NCBI GenBank assembly: GCA_039915945.1
Contig: JBDSMH010000196.1
Location: forward strand, 1,964-65,963
DNA length: 64,000 nucleotides
Direction of reading: 5' to 3'
Source: Acidimicrobiales bacterium
GTDB taxonomy: Bacteria; Actinomycetota; Acidimicrobiia; Acidimicrobiales; WLNW01
Positions within the stretch are counted from its first letter, which is position 1; every line of letters begins with the position of its first letter. Positions 21,637 to 31,332 of this stretch are shown here, one piece after another. A program made the translations under genes and the position numbers. The notes under the pieces were generated by a model. It saw only the letters and a list, made by a program, of their open reading frames with translations. It had not been told where the DNA came from and searched no databases.

Positions 21637-22575
21637 ATGGCCGCAGTCATCGAAGCCAACGGATTGATCCGCGAATTCGGGGATATCCGCGCGGTCGATG
21701 GTGTCGATCTGCGCGTCGAGGCCGGCGAGATCTTTGGATTTCTCGGCCCCAACGGCGCGGGTAAGACGACGATCGTGCGCATGCTCGTGACGCTGTTGCG
21801 GCCCACGGCAGGCCGGGCATTTGTCGCCGGTCACGACGTGGTGCGCGAATCGCATCTCGTGCGCCGCGCCATCGGTGTTGCGTTGCAAGACGCCGCCATC
21901 GATCCGTTGATGACCGGCCGCGAACTCGTGCGACTGCAAGCAGTGCTGCACGGCTTGTCCAAACGGCAGACGGCCACGCGCGGTCTCGAGTTGCTCGAAC
22001 GGGTCGGGCTCACCGGCGCCGCCGATCGTCTGGTCGGCACGTACTCGGGCGGCATGCGCCGCCGTCTCGACCTCGCGCTCGCGTTGGTACACGAACCGCA
22101 GGTGCTGTTCCTCGACGAACCCACGACCGGGCTCGATCCCACCTCACGCGTCGCCGTGTGGGACGAGGTGCGCCGGCTCAACGACGAACACGGCACCACC
22201 GTGTTCCTCACGACGCAGTATCTCGAAGAGGCAGACCAACTCGCGGGCCGCATTGCGATCATCGATCACGGGCGGATCGTGTGCGAAGGGGTGCCCGCGC
22301 AACTCAAGGCGGCGGTAGGGGGTCCGACGCTCGAGATCGATGTCGACGAGGCGCATCGCGATGCGGCGCGCGTGACGCTCAGCCGCTTCGGTTCGGAACG
22401 CCCGGCGCGCCCTGGTCATCTCGCCATCGGTCTGCACGAGGGCGCGGCGCAAATGACCGATGTCGTACGTGCGCTCGACGAAGCCGGCATCGCGGTGCGC
22501 CACATCGAACTCGACGCCCCGAGCCTCGATGACGTGTTCGCCGACGCAACCGGCCGCCGGCTCGAGGGCGAGTAA
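21637..22575 (+). CDS. ABC-2 (DrrA-like) exporter ATP-binding protein
   Basis: GPNGAGKT, YSGGMRRRLD, FLDEPTTGLDP, TTQYLEEAD. Confidence 0.92.
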   Translation: MAAVIEANGLIREFGDIRAVDGVDLRVEAGEIFGFLGPNGAGKTTIVRMLVTLLRPTAGRAFVAGHDVVRESHLVRRAIGVALQDAAIDPLMTGRELVRLQAVLHGLSKRQTATRGLELLERVGLTGAADRLVGTYSGGMRRRLDLALALVHEPQVLFLDEPTTGLDPTSRVAVWDEVRRLNDEHGTTVFLTTQYLEEADQLAGRIAIIDHGRIVCEGVPAQLKAAVGGPTLEIDVDEAHRDAARVTLSRFGSERPARPGHLAIGLHEGAAQMTDVVRALDEAGIAVRHIELDAPSLDDVFADATGRRLEGE

Positions 22576-23349
22576 ATGATCGCGTTCGATCAGGCGGTCG
22601 AATTGTCGCGGCGGTCGGTGGTGGCGTTGATCCGCCAACCGCAGACCTGGGCACCGGCGTTGATCTTCCCGCTGCTGTTGAGCGCGGTCTACAGCGCGCA
22701 GTTCGGCCGTGCCATCAGCCAACCCGGATTTCCCCCGGTCGATTCGTTCCTCGATTTCTTGCTGCCGGCGGCGATCCTGCAGGCGGTGGCCTTCAACGCG
22801 ACGAACGGCGGGTCCGACCTCGCGCTCGACATCGAGACGGGCTTCTACGACCGGCTGATCGCGTCGCCGGTATCACGGGTGTCGATCATCGTCGGGCGCC
22901 TCGCCGGTGCAGCCGCGTTCGCGTTGGTGCAAGCAGTAGTGCTGCTGGCGATCTTTCTCGCATTCGGGGCCGAGGTGAAAGGCGGCTTTGGTGGGGTGTT
23001 GGTGGTCATCGGTGTCTCGGTGCTCTTGGCTCTCGCGATCGGCGGGCTTGCGGTCACACTCGCGATGAAGACGGGTTCGCAGGAAGCGGTGATGGCCACG
23101 TTCCCGCTCATCTTCGTCATGCTCTTCATCAGTTCGGCGTTCTTCCCTACGTCGACGATGAAGGGTTGGTACAAGCAACTCGCGCTGTGGAATCCGGTCA
23201 CGTGGATCATCGACGCCACCCGCCGGCTGGTGATCGAGGGGTTCAGTTGGTCCGACGCCGGGCAGGCGTTGGGCATCAGCGCCGCGTTCGCCGTCGCCGC
23301 CATCGCGTTGGCATTCGCGGCGCAGCGCCGCCGGCTGAGGGCCCGATGA
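22576..23349 (+). CDS. ABC-2 permease
   Basis: About six hydrophobic segments, [20 protein letters not shown]. Confidence 0.88.
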   Translation: MIAFDQAVELSRRSVVALIRQPQTWAPALIFPLLLSAVYSAQFGRAISQPGFPPVDSFLDFLLPAAILQAVAFNATNGGSDLALDIETGFYDRLIASPVSRVSIIVGRLAGAAAFALVQAVVLLAIFLAFGAEVKGGFGGVLVVIGVSVLLALAIGGLAVTLAMKTGSQEAVMATFPLIFVMLFISSAFFPTSTMKGWYKQLALWNPVTWIIDATRRLVIEGFSWSDAGQALGISAAFAVAAIALAFAAQRRRLRAR

Positions 23350-24122
23350 TGCACTCGCCCAGCTTGCCCATCCTCCAGCGGATGACCCTCCGCGGGTTGA
23401 CCCGCCTCGTCCGCCGGCCCTCGTTGCTCATCCCTGCCACCGTGATGCCGGTGTTCTTCGTCGTCGCCTTCTCGGGCACCTTCAACGGCCTCAGCCGGCT
23501 CGAGGGATTCGGCACCGATCGAATGGTCAACTGGATGGCCCCCTACGCGGCCATTCAAGGCTGCTCGTTCGCCGGGGTGGGCGCGGCCGGCGCGACCGCG
23601 GCCGACCTCGAGAACGGCTTCTTCGACCGCCTGCTCCTCGCACCGTGCCGGCGCATCAACCTCATGCTCGGCCCGCTGCTGTATTCGCTGGCACGGGCAA
23701 TACTCCCGACCACATTGGTGCTGCTCGTCGCGCTGTTGCTGCACGCGCGCCTGCAGGATCCGGTGTTGGGCCTCGTGATGCTCTACGTCGGCTGTCTCGG
23801 CATCGCCATCGTCTATGGCGTGCTCGGGCTTGCGTTGGTGTACAAGCTGCGCAGCCAGCGAGCGATGGCCATCGCTCAGACCTTGGTGTTCTCCTCGTCG
23901 TTCCTGTCGATCGGACAAGTGCCGCTGTCCTTCCAAACAGGGTGGTTGCACGCAGTATCGAGGGTGAATCCGCTCACCAACGTGTTGCGCATGACCCGCC
24001 AGGGTTTCCTCGAGCAGGGAGTCACATGGCACGACACGTGGCCCGGCTTGGTCGCGCTCGCCGCGATGATTGGCGTGCTCGGCGCTTTGGCGGCCAGAGG
24101 ACTGCGCAAGCTGGGTCCCTAA
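23346..24122 (+). CDS. ABC-2 permease (second)
   Basis: [18 protein letters not shown], multiple TM segments; ATGA overlap. Confidence 0.88.
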   Translation: MMHSPSLPILQRMTLRGLTRLVRRPSLLIPATVMPVFFVVAFSGTFNGLSRLEGFGTDRMVNWMAPYAAIQGCSFAGVGAAGATAADLENGFFDRLLLAPCRRINLMLGPLLYSLARAILPTTLVLLVALLLHARLQDPVLGLVMLYVGCLGIAIVYGVLGLALVYKLRSQRAMAIAQTLVFSSSFLSIGQVPLSFQTGWLHAVSRVNPLTNVLRMTRQGFLEQGVTWHDTWPGLVALAAMIGVLGALAARGLRKLGP

Positions 24123-24196
24123 GGGGCTATTCTCCGCCCGGCCAGCTGTGGGGGACGGCCCCCTTCCGCTCGGCCATGCGACCTACGGGAGGATCC

Positions 24197-24664
24197 GTGC
24201 AGGTATCGATGAAGATCAACGGGGCGACGGTGTCCCACGATGTCGAGCCGCGAACGTTGCTCGTGCATTTCATTCGCGAGAACGCCGGGCTCACGGGCAC
24301 CAACATCGGCTGCGACTCGTCGTCGTGCGGCGCGTGCACGATTCACATCAACGGCGAATCGGTCAAGAGCTGCACGGTGTTCGCGGCGCAAGCCGACGGT
24401 GCCGACATCCTCACCATCGAGGGTCTGGCCGACGGCGACAAGTTGCATCCCATGCAGCAGGCGTTCCACGAGTGCCACGCGCTCCAGTGCGGCTACTGCA
24501 CGCCGGGCATGGTGATGGCCTCGGTCTCACTGCTGCGTGAGGTGCCCAATCCGACCGAGCGCGAAGTTCGCGTCGGGCTCGAGGGCAACCTGTGCCGTTG
24601 CACCGGTTACCACAACATCGTCAAGGCCGTCTTGCAGGCAGCCGGCCAAGGTGGTGGCCAGTGA
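24197..24664 (+). CDS. [2Fe-2S] small subunit (CoxS-like)
   Basis: [27 protein letters not shown]; GGAGG RBS. Confidence 0.93.
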   Translation: MQVSMKINGATVSHDVEPRTLLVHFIRENAGLTGTNIGCDSSSCGACTIHINGESVKSCTVFAAQADGADILTIEGLADGDKLHPMQQAFHECHALQCGYCTPGMVMASVSLLREVPNPTEREVRVGLEGNLCRCTGYHNIVKAVLQAAGQGGGQ

Positions 24665-25488
24665 TCCCCGCGGCGTTCGAGTACGTCAGGGCCGACTCGG
24701 CGGAGCAGGCCATCTCGTTGTTGCAGCAACACGGCGACGACGCCAAGTTGCTGGCGGGTGGCCATTCACTCATCCCGCTGATGAAGTACCGCTTGGCATC
24801 GCCCGCGGTGATCGTCGACATCGGCCGGCTTTCCGATCTCAGCTACGTCAAAGAGGACGGCGCCAATCTGCGCATCGGCGCCCTGACCCGTCATCGCGAC
24901 ATCGAGATCAATCCGTTGCTGCAGCAGCACGCGCCGTTGCTGTCCAACGCGGCATCGCACGTCGGTGATCCTCAGGTCCGCCACCGCGGCACCATCGGCG
25001 GGTCGCTCTCGCACGGCGATCCGGCATCTGATCTTCCCGCGGTCGCGATCGCGCTCGGCGCGACGCTCGTGATCCAAGGCGCCAACGGCACCCGCGAGGT
25101 GTCGAGCGACGACTTCTTCCAAGGCTTCCTCGAAACCGCACTCGGGCCCGACGAACTCCTGACCGAGATCAAGGTGCCCAAGATGAACGGCGGCGCCAAG
25201 TGGTCGTTCCAAAAGTTCAATCGCCGGGCGATGGACTGGGCGATCGTCGGTTGTGCCGTCGTCGTCGACGGCAACAAGGCCGGTGTCGGGTTGGTCAACA
25301 TGGACTCGCGACCGGTTCGTGCGTCGGCGGTCGAGGCCGCCATCGCGGGCGGCGCCAACGCGTCCGACGCCGCAGCGTCGGCCGATGCCGGCACCGAGCC
25401 ACCGGCCGATCTCAACGCCAGCGTCGAGTACCGCCGCCATCTCGCCAAGGTGCTCGTGCGGCGCGCCCTCGAAGAGGCCGGCAAGTAG
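24661..25488 (+). CDS. FAD-binding medium subunit (CoxM-like)
   Basis: [37 protein letters not shown]. Confidence 0.92.
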   Translation: MIPAAFEYVRADSAEQAISLLQQHGDDAKLLAGGHSLIPLMKYRLASPAVIVDIGRLSDLSYVKEDGANLRIGALTRHRDIEINPLLQQHAPLLSNAASHVGDPQVRHRGTIGGSLSHGDPASDLPAVAIALGATLVIQGANGTREVSSDDFFQGFLETALGPDELLTEIKVPKMNGGAKWSFQKFNRRAMDWAIVGCAVVVDGNKAGVGLVNMDSRPVRASAVEAAIAGGANASDAAASADAGTEPPADLNASVEYRRHLAKVLVRRALEEAGK

Positions 25489-25498
25489 CCTGGGGGGA

Positions 25499-26419
25499 AT
25501 GCAACGCCCATTGACGGTCGAGTCAGTCGTCGCCGGCCTTCGCGACAACGATTACCTTGCCGACGAAGGCCTGGCAACAGCCATTTTCCTTGCCTTGCGG
25601 TTGCATCGGCCGCTGCTGCTCGAAGGAGAAGCCGGCGTCGGTAAGACCGAGGTCGCGAAGGTGCTCTCGGCGTGGACCGGCGGCGAGCTGATCCGCCTGC
25701 AGTGCTACGAAGGCATCGACATCACACAGGCTGTCTACGAGTGGGATTACTCGCGTCAGTTGCTGCATCTGCGAGCCGTCGAGATCGTCGAGGGTGGCGC
25801 CGGTCCGGGTGACATCGACAAAATCGAAAACGAGCTGTACAGCGAACGCTTTCTCGTGAAGCGCGCGCTGCTGCGGGCGATCGATCATCGCGAAGGTCCG
25901 CCGCCCATCTTGCTCATCGACGAGGTCGACCGGGCCGATGACGAGTTCGAGGCGTTCCTGCTCGAAGTGCTTGCCGAGTACTCGGTGACTGTGCCCGAGC
26001 TCGGCACGTTTCGCGCGGCGACGCCACCGATCGTCATCGTCACGTCCAATCGCACACGCGACGTGCACGACGCGCTCAAACGGCGCTGTCTCTATCACTG
26101 GGTCGAGCATCCGAACTTCGAGCGCGAGGTCGCGATCATCCAGCTGCGCCTGCCCCACGTCGCGCAGTCGTTGGCGCGGCAGGTCGCGTCGGCGACCCAG
26201 CAGATCCGCGCGCTCGGCCTCTACAAGCCGCCGGGCGTTGCCGAGACGCTCGATTGGGCGGCTGCGCTCTCGGTGCTCGGCGTCGATCAACTCGATGTCG
26301 CGTCGACCGCGGCCACACTGGGCACGTTGCTCAAGTATCGCGAAGACCACGCTCGCGTCATGAGCCACGGCATCGAGATGATCCTGCGCGCGGCACAGCC
26401 GCCCGCCACTGCGTCGTGA
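25499..26419 (+). CDS. MoxR-type AAA+ ATPase (CoxD-like)
   Basis: GEAGVGKT, LQCYEG, LIDEVDRAD, TSNRTRDVHDALKRRC. Confidence 0.92.
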   Translation: MQRPLTVESVVAGLRDNDYLADEGLATAIFLALRLHRPLLLEGEAGVGKTEVAKVLSAWTGGELIRLQCYEGIDITQAVYEWDYSRQLLHLRAVEIVEGGAGPGDIDKIENELYSERFLVKRALLRAIDHREGPPPILLIDEVDRADDEFEAFLLEVLAEYSVTVPELGTFRAATPPIVIVTSNRTRDVHDALKRRCLYHWVEHPNFEREVAIIQLRLPHVAQSLARQVASATQQIRALGLYKPPGVAETLDWAAALSVLGVDQLDVASTAATLGTLLKYREDHARVMSHGIEMILRAAQPPATAS

Positions 26420-27555
26420 CCGACGCCCCCGAGGGTGCGGCCGAAGAGACCGCGCTCGACGGTACGGCGATCACGCGGGCAGCGACTGGGTTCGTGTGGG
26501 CCCTGCGCACCGCGGGCCTTGTGGTGCCCTTGCATTCGGCAATCGAATACGTCGGCGCGTTGGAAGCGCTCGGGATCGAGCGGGGCTATTGGGCTGGCCG
26601 CGCGACGTTGATCCATCGGCCCGAAGACATCGATCTCTATGACCGTGTCTTCACCGCGTATTGGAAGCAGAGCGGCTTCGAATTGCGGCCCGACACACCG
26701 GTCGAACACGTCACGCTGGCCATCGACGACGAGTCGGGAGCGCCGCCGCCCGAGGGGGGCGATCAGGACGACAATCCCACCATCACCGTGCGCTACAGCG
26801 CGTCCGAGATCTTGCGCAACAAGGACTTCGCCGAATGTAGCGACGACGAGTTGGCCGAGGCGCGCCGTCTCATGGCGCAGATGCGAGTGGTTGGTTCGCC
26901 GCGACGGTCCCGGCGCATGGTGCGGTCCAAACGCATGCGCGGTCGTCCTGATCTGCGCCGCACGGTGCGGTACGCGTTGCGGGCGGAAGGCGAGCCCATC
27001 AAGCGCGCGTTCGTCGAGACCGGCGAGCGGCCGCGGCGTCTGGTGCTGTTGCTCGACGTGTCGGGTTCGATGGAGTCCTACGCCCGTGCATTGATTCGCT
27101 TCGTCCACGCCGCGGTGGTCGGTCGCACCAAGGTCGAGGCCTTCACGTTGGGCACGCGGCTCACTCGCATCACCCGTGAACTGTCGTCGCGCGATCCCGA
27201 CGACGCGCTCGACCGCACTGCCGCGGCAGTCGCCGACTGGTCGGGCGGCACCCGTCTCGGCGACGGCCTTCGCGAGTTCAACGACGAATGGGGCGTGCGG
27301 GGCATGGCCCGCGGCGCGGTGGTGGTCATCCTCTCCGACGGCTGGGATCGGGGCGAGCCCGAGGTCATGGCCGAGCAGATGCAGCGCCTGCAGCGCGTGG
27401 CCTTCCGCGTGATCTGGGTGAACCCGCTCAAGGCCTCCCCGGGGTATGCCCCGCTGGCGCAGGGCATGGCGGCGGCGATGCCGTACATCGACGAGTTCGT
27501 CGAGGGGCACTCGGTCGAATCGCTCGAGCAACTCGCCGCGCTGATCGCGGCCTGA
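26416..27555 (+). CDS. VWA-domain protein (CoxE-like)
   Basis: MIDAS DVSGSM, WSGGTRLG, SDGWD, IWVNP. Confidence 0.9.
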   Translation: MTDAPEGAAEETALDGTAITRAATGFVWALRTAGLVVPLHSAIEYVGALEALGIERGYWAGRATLIHRPEDIDLYDRVFTAYWKQSGFELRPDTPVEHVTLAIDDESGAPPPEGGDQDDNPTITVRYSASEILRNKDFAECSDDELAEARRLMAQMRVVGSPRRSRRMVRSKRMRGRPDLRRTVRYALRAEGEPIKRAFVETGERPRRLVLLLDVSGSMESYARALIRFVHAAVVGRTKVEAFTLGTRLTRITRELSSRDPDDALDRTAAAVADWSGGTRLGDGLREFNDEWGVRGMARGAVVVILSDGWDRGEPEVMAEQMQRLQRVAFRVIWVNPLKASPGYAPLAQGMAAAMPYIDEFVEGHSVESLEQLAALIAA

Positions 27556-27572
27556 ATACGGCAGAATGCAAC

Positions 27573-27597
27573 GGGCCCGAGCGGCCCTTCGGAGCGG
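27573..27597 (+). repeat. Dispersed GGCC-CGAGC-GGCC hairpin repeat, copy 1
   Basis: GGGCCCGAGCGGCCCTTCGGAGCGG; related copies at 31289 and 61293. Confidence 0.55.
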
Positions 27598-27603
27598 AGA
27601 GTC

Positions 27604-27918
27604 ATGAAGGAAATCTTGAACGATCTCGAACGGTGGCAGCGGCAGGGCAAACGGGTGGCGATCGCCCGTGTGGTCGACCTCGAGGGTTCGGGGCCCCGGC
27701 TGCCCGGTGCTGCCATGGCGGTCGCCGAGGACGGCGAGGTCTCGGGTTCGGTGTCGGGGGGCTGCGTCGAAGGCGCCGTCGTCGTCGAGGCATTGAGCGT
27801 GCTCGAAAAGGGTGATCGTCGCGTGGTGACGTTCGGCTACAGCGATGACGAGGCCTTCTCGGTCGGTCTCACCTGCGGGGGCACCATCCACCTGTTCATC
27901 GAACCGCTCGACTGGTAG
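27604..27918 (+). CDS. XdhC/CoxI family protein, N-terminal part
   Basis: GSGPRLPGA, GSVSGGCVEGAV, GLTCGG. Confidence 0.85.
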   Translation: MKEILNDLERWQRQGKRVAIARVVDLEGSGPRLPGAAMAVAEDGEVSGSVSGGCVEGAVVVEALSVLEKGDRRVVTFGYSDDEAFSVGLTCGGTIHLFIEPLDW

Positions 27919-27921
27919 TCG

Positions 27922-28719
27922 ATGGCGACGCCGATCTTCGATCAACTCCGCGCATCGATTCGCGCCGAACGACCCGTCGCGTTGGCGACAGTGATCGACG
28001 GCCCCGGCATCGGCCGCAAGCTGTTGGTGCACCGCGACGAAGCGCCCAGTGGCTCACTCGGCAACGACGATCTCGATCGTGTCGTTGCCCGTGACGCGCT
28101 GGGCGAACTCGAAGCCGGCCGTTCGCTCGTTCGCCACTATGGCGAACATGGCGAAGCGCGCGAAGAGACCGTTGGCGTGTTCATCGAGTCGTTCGCTTCG
28201 CCGCCGCGCATGCTCATCTTCGGTGCGGTCGATTTCACCGCAGCATTGACCCGCGTCGCGAAGATCCTTGGCTACCGCGTCACCGTCTGCGATGCCCGCG
28301 AGGTGTTCGCGACCAAGGCCCGATTCCCCTTTGCCGACGAGGTCGTCGTCGACTGGCCCAATCGCCTGCTCGACGCGGTGGGCCACACCTTGGGGCCGCG
28401 CGATGCCGTCTGCGTGCTTACGCACGACGCAAAGTTCGATGTGCCGGCGGTTGTCGGTGCGCTCGCCAGTCAAGTGGGTTACATCGGTGTGATGGGTTCG
28501 CGCAAGACGCACGACAAGCGCACCGAGCGGCTGCGCGAAGCTGGTGTCGACGATGCCGGGCTGGCTCGGCTCATGTCGCCGATCGGGCTCGACATCGGCG
28601 CCCGCACGCCCGAAGAGACCGCGGTGTCGATCGTGGCCGAGATCATCGCGATGCGCACCGGCCGGCACGCGCCCTCGTTGCGCGACTCGAGCGGCTCGAT
28701 CCACTCGCTCCACCAGTGA
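27922..28719 (+). CDS. XdhC family protein, C-terminal part
   Basis: IFGAVDF, LTHDAKFD, YIGVMGSR, SPIGLDIGARTPEE. Confidence 0.88.
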   Translation: MATPIFDQLRASIRAERPVALATVIDGPGIGRKLLVHRDEAPSGSLGNDDLDRVVARDALGELEAGRSLVRHYGEHGEAREETVGVFIESFASPPRMLIFGAVDFTAALTRVAKILGYRVTVCDAREVFATKARFPFADEVVVDWPNRLLDAVGHTLGPRDAVCVLTHDAKFDVPAVVGALASQVGYIGVMGSRKTHDKRTERLREAGVDDAGLARLMSPIGLDIGARTPEETAVSIVAEIIAMRTGRHAPSLRDSSGSIHSLHQ

Positions 28720-29273
28720 CGATCGCCGCCGTCTTGTTGGCGGCCGGCGGCGGCACCCGCTTTGCCGGACCCACGCACAAGTTGCTCGCCGATTTCCGCG
28801 GCAAGCCGGTCGTGCAGTGGGCCGTCGAAAACGCAGCCGCGGCGCAACTCGACGATTTGGTCGTCGTCACCGGTGCCGTCGACATTCGCCATGTCCTGCC
28901 CGCGGGGGTCACCGTGCTCCACAACCCGCAGTGGCACGAAGGGCAGGCAACGTCATTGCAAACCGCAATCCGCCACGCGTGGCGCGCCGGCTACGACGCG
29001 ATCGTCGTCGGTCTCGGCGATCAGCCACTGGTCCCGTCAGCCACCTGGCGGACCATCGCGGACAGTGACGGTCCGCTCGTGTCCGCGGTGCTGGACGGTC
29101 ACCGCAGCCCCCCGATGCGTATCGACAAGGATTTGTGGCCGTTGCTACCCACCGCCGGCGACGAAGGTGCCCGAGTGCTGATCCGAGGTAGGCCCGACCT
29201 ACTCCGCGAGATAGCGTGCCCTGGGCACGGGCTCGATATCGACACCCTGGAGGATCTGCCGTCGTGGAGTTGA
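28716..29273 (+). CDS. Molybdenum cofactor cytidylyltransferase (MocA-like)
   Basis: LAAGGGTRF..KLL, GQATSL, GDQP, GDEGAR, DIDT. Confidence 0.85.
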   Translation: MTIAAVLLAAGGGTRFAGPTHKLLADFRGKPVVQWAVENAAAAQLDDLVVVTGAVDIRHVLPAGVTVLHNPQWHEGQATSLQTAIRHAWRAGYDAIVVGLGDQPLVPSATWRTIADSDGPLVSAVLDGHRSPPMRIDKDLWPLLPTAGDEGARVLIRGRPDLLREIACPGHGLDIDTLEDLPSWS

Positions 29274-29935
29274 ACAACGATTTCGAGGTAAACGCGCCAA
29301 TCGAAAAGGCGTGGGCAGTCCTGACCGATGTCGAGAAGATCGCGCCGTGCTTGCCCGGCGCGCAGCTACAAGAGGTCGAGGGCGACGAATATCGCGGCAT
29401 CGTCAAGGTCAAGGTCGGCCCGATCACGGCGCAATACAAAGGTGCGGCCACCTTTGTCGAAAAGGACGACGCCAACCATCGTGCGGTGCTGAAGGCCGAC
29501 GGTCGCGACACCCGCGGCGCCGGCAACGCGTCGGCAATGATCACCGCGCAACTGCAAGCGGTGGGCGATCGCACCAAGGTGTCCGTCAGCACCGATCTCA
29601 CTGTGACCGGCAAGGTCGCGCAGTTCGGCCGGGGTGTCATGGCCGACGTGTCGGCCAAGCTCATGACGCAGTTCGCCGACAACCTCGAAACGCTCATGGA
29701 AGGCCAACCGGCGCCGGCGGCCAAGGCCGACGACACCATTGCTGCGCCCGCGGCTACCGCTACGTCAGCCGCACCGTCGACGGGCGTGCGCAAGATCGAT
29801 TCGCCCGAAGCGAAGCCGGTCGATCTCATCGCCACCACTGGCTCGCCCGTACTCAAGCGCCTCGCGCCGGTTCTCGGCGCAGTGGTCGGTCTTTCGCTGC
29901 TGCTCCGCCGGTTCCGCCGCCGCCGCAACAAGTGA
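29264..29935 (+). CDS. CoxG-like SRPBCC protein
   Basis: IAPCLPGA, KVKVGP, GKVAQFGRG; C-terminal membrane anchor with poly-Arg tail. Confidence 0.88.
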   Translation: MELNNDFEVNAPIEKAWAVLTDVEKIAPCLPGAQLQEVEGDEYRGIVKVKVGPITAQYKGAATFVEKDDANHRAVLKADGRDTRGAGNASAMITAQLQAVGDRTKVSVSTDLTVTGKVAQFGRGVMADVSAKLMTQFADNLETLMEGQPAPAAKADDTIAAPAATATSAAPSTGVRKIDSPEAKPVDLIATTGSPVLKRLAPVLGAVVGLSLLLRRFRRRRNK

Positions 29936-30390
29936 CTGCTGCCGACGATCACGCCGCGGTGGCGACCCTGTTGGGCCGTCCACCAGATTGCGACTACGTG
30001 GTCGTCGCCCGCGATGCCGGCGGTAACCCGACGGTGATCCGCAACATGCCGGTGATGCGCGACGGCACACCGATGCCGACGCGCTTTTGGCTCGTCGGCA
30101 AGAACGAACGAATTGCAGTGAGTCGATTGGAGACGGTCGGCGGCGTGCGCGCCGCCGAGCGGGCCATCGACCCGGTTGTGCTCGCCGATGCCCATGATCG
30201 CTACGCCCGCGAGCGCGACGCGCACCTGCCCATCGATCACGTCGGCCCGCGGCCGTCGGGTGGGGTCGGCGGGACCCGCGTCGGGGTCAAGTGCCTACAC
30301 GCGCACTACGCCTGGTTCCTCGCCGGCGGTGACGACCCGGTTGGCCGATGGGTGGCGGCCCACCTCGGTGGTGAAGGCGAGCTCACGTGA
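29932..30390 (+). CDS. DUF501 family protein
   Basis: DGTPMPTRFWL, GGVGG..VKCLHAHYA; upstream of ppx. Confidence 0.88.
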   Translation: MTAADDHAAVATLLGRPPDCDYVVVARDAGGNPTVIRNMPVMRDGTPMPTRFWLVGKNERIAVSRLETVGGVRAAERAIDPVVLADAHDRYARERDAHLPIDHVGPRPSGGVGGTRVGVKCLHAHYAWFLAGGDDPVGRWVAAHLGGEGELT

Positions 30391-31322
30391 GTTACGCAGC
30401 CATTGATTGCGGTACCAACTCGACGCGGCTGCTCGTACACGACGGCACGCGTACGGTCGAGCGGCTGATGAGCATCACCCGCCTCGGCCAGGGTGTCGAC
30501 GCCACCGGACAGCTGGCGCCCGAAGCGATCGAACGCACCCTCGCGGTGCTGCGGGAGTATCGCGTCGTGCTCGGTCGCCATGGCGTGACCAAGACGCGCA
30601 TGACGGCGACGTCGGCGGCGCGCGATGCGGCGAATCGCGACGAGTTCTTCGTCGCCGCACGCGAGATCGTCGGTGTCGAGGCCGAGCTGTTGTCGGGCGA
30701 CGAAGAGGGACGGCTGTCGTTCATGGGTGCGACAGCCGAGCTCTCGCCGGACGACGGCCCATTCCTCGTCGTCGACATCGGGGGAGGCTCGACCGAGTTC
30801 TCGTACGGGCTCACCGAGTGCGAGTACGCACGATCGGTCGACATCGGTTGCGTGCGCCTCACCGAGAAGTACATCAGCCATGACCCGCCTCGGCCCGAAG
30901 AGTTGCTCGCGTGCCTGTCGCTCGTCGAAACATACGTCGACGACATCGCCCGTGAGTTCCCCGCCTTGTCGGATGCGCCGCGCTTCGTGGGTTTGGCCGG
31001 CACGGTCTCGACCACCGCGGCAGTCGAGCTGGGCTTGGCCGTATACGACCGCGACCGCATCCACCACTTCGAGTTGACGCGGGACGCCGTCGAGGACGTG
31101 TTTCGCACGCTCGCCACCGAGAATCGTGCAGAACGATTGGGTAACCCGGGTCTCGAGGTGGGCAGGGCCGACGTGATCGTCGGCGGTCTGTGCGTACTCG
31201 TGCAGATAATGCGCCAACTCGATCTCGACCGGTGTCTCGTCTCGGAAAGCGACATCCTCGACGGGTTGGTGATGAGCCTGCGGAACCAAGGCCCGAGCGG
31301 CCTCCTTCAGAGCGGGCTGTAG
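30387..31322 (+). CDS. ppx: Ppx/GppA exopolyphosphatase
   Basis: AIDCGTNSTRLL, ATSAARDA, DIGGGSTE, GRADVI, DILDG. Confidence 0.92.
   Translation: MSYAAIDCGTNSTRLLVHDGTRTVERLMSITRLGQGVDATGQLAPEAIERTLAVLREYRVVLGRHGVTKTRMTATSAARDAANRDEFFVAAREIVGVEAELLSGDEEGRLSFMGATAELSPDDGPFLVVDIGGGSTEFSYGLTECEYARSVDIGCVRLTEKYISHDPPRPEELLACLSLVETYVDDIAREFPALSDAPRFVGLAGTVSTTAAVELGLAVYDRDRIHHFELTRDAVEDVFRTLATENRAERLGNPGLEVGRADVIVGGLCVLVQIMRQLDLDRCLVSESDILDGLVMSLRNQGPSGLLQSGL
31289..31316 (+). repeat. Dispersed hairpin repeat, copy 2
   Basis: AGGCCCGAGCGGCCTCCTTCAGAGCGGG; 26/28 identical to 61293-61320. Confidence 0.65.
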
Positions 31323-31332
31323 GCTTTTGCCG

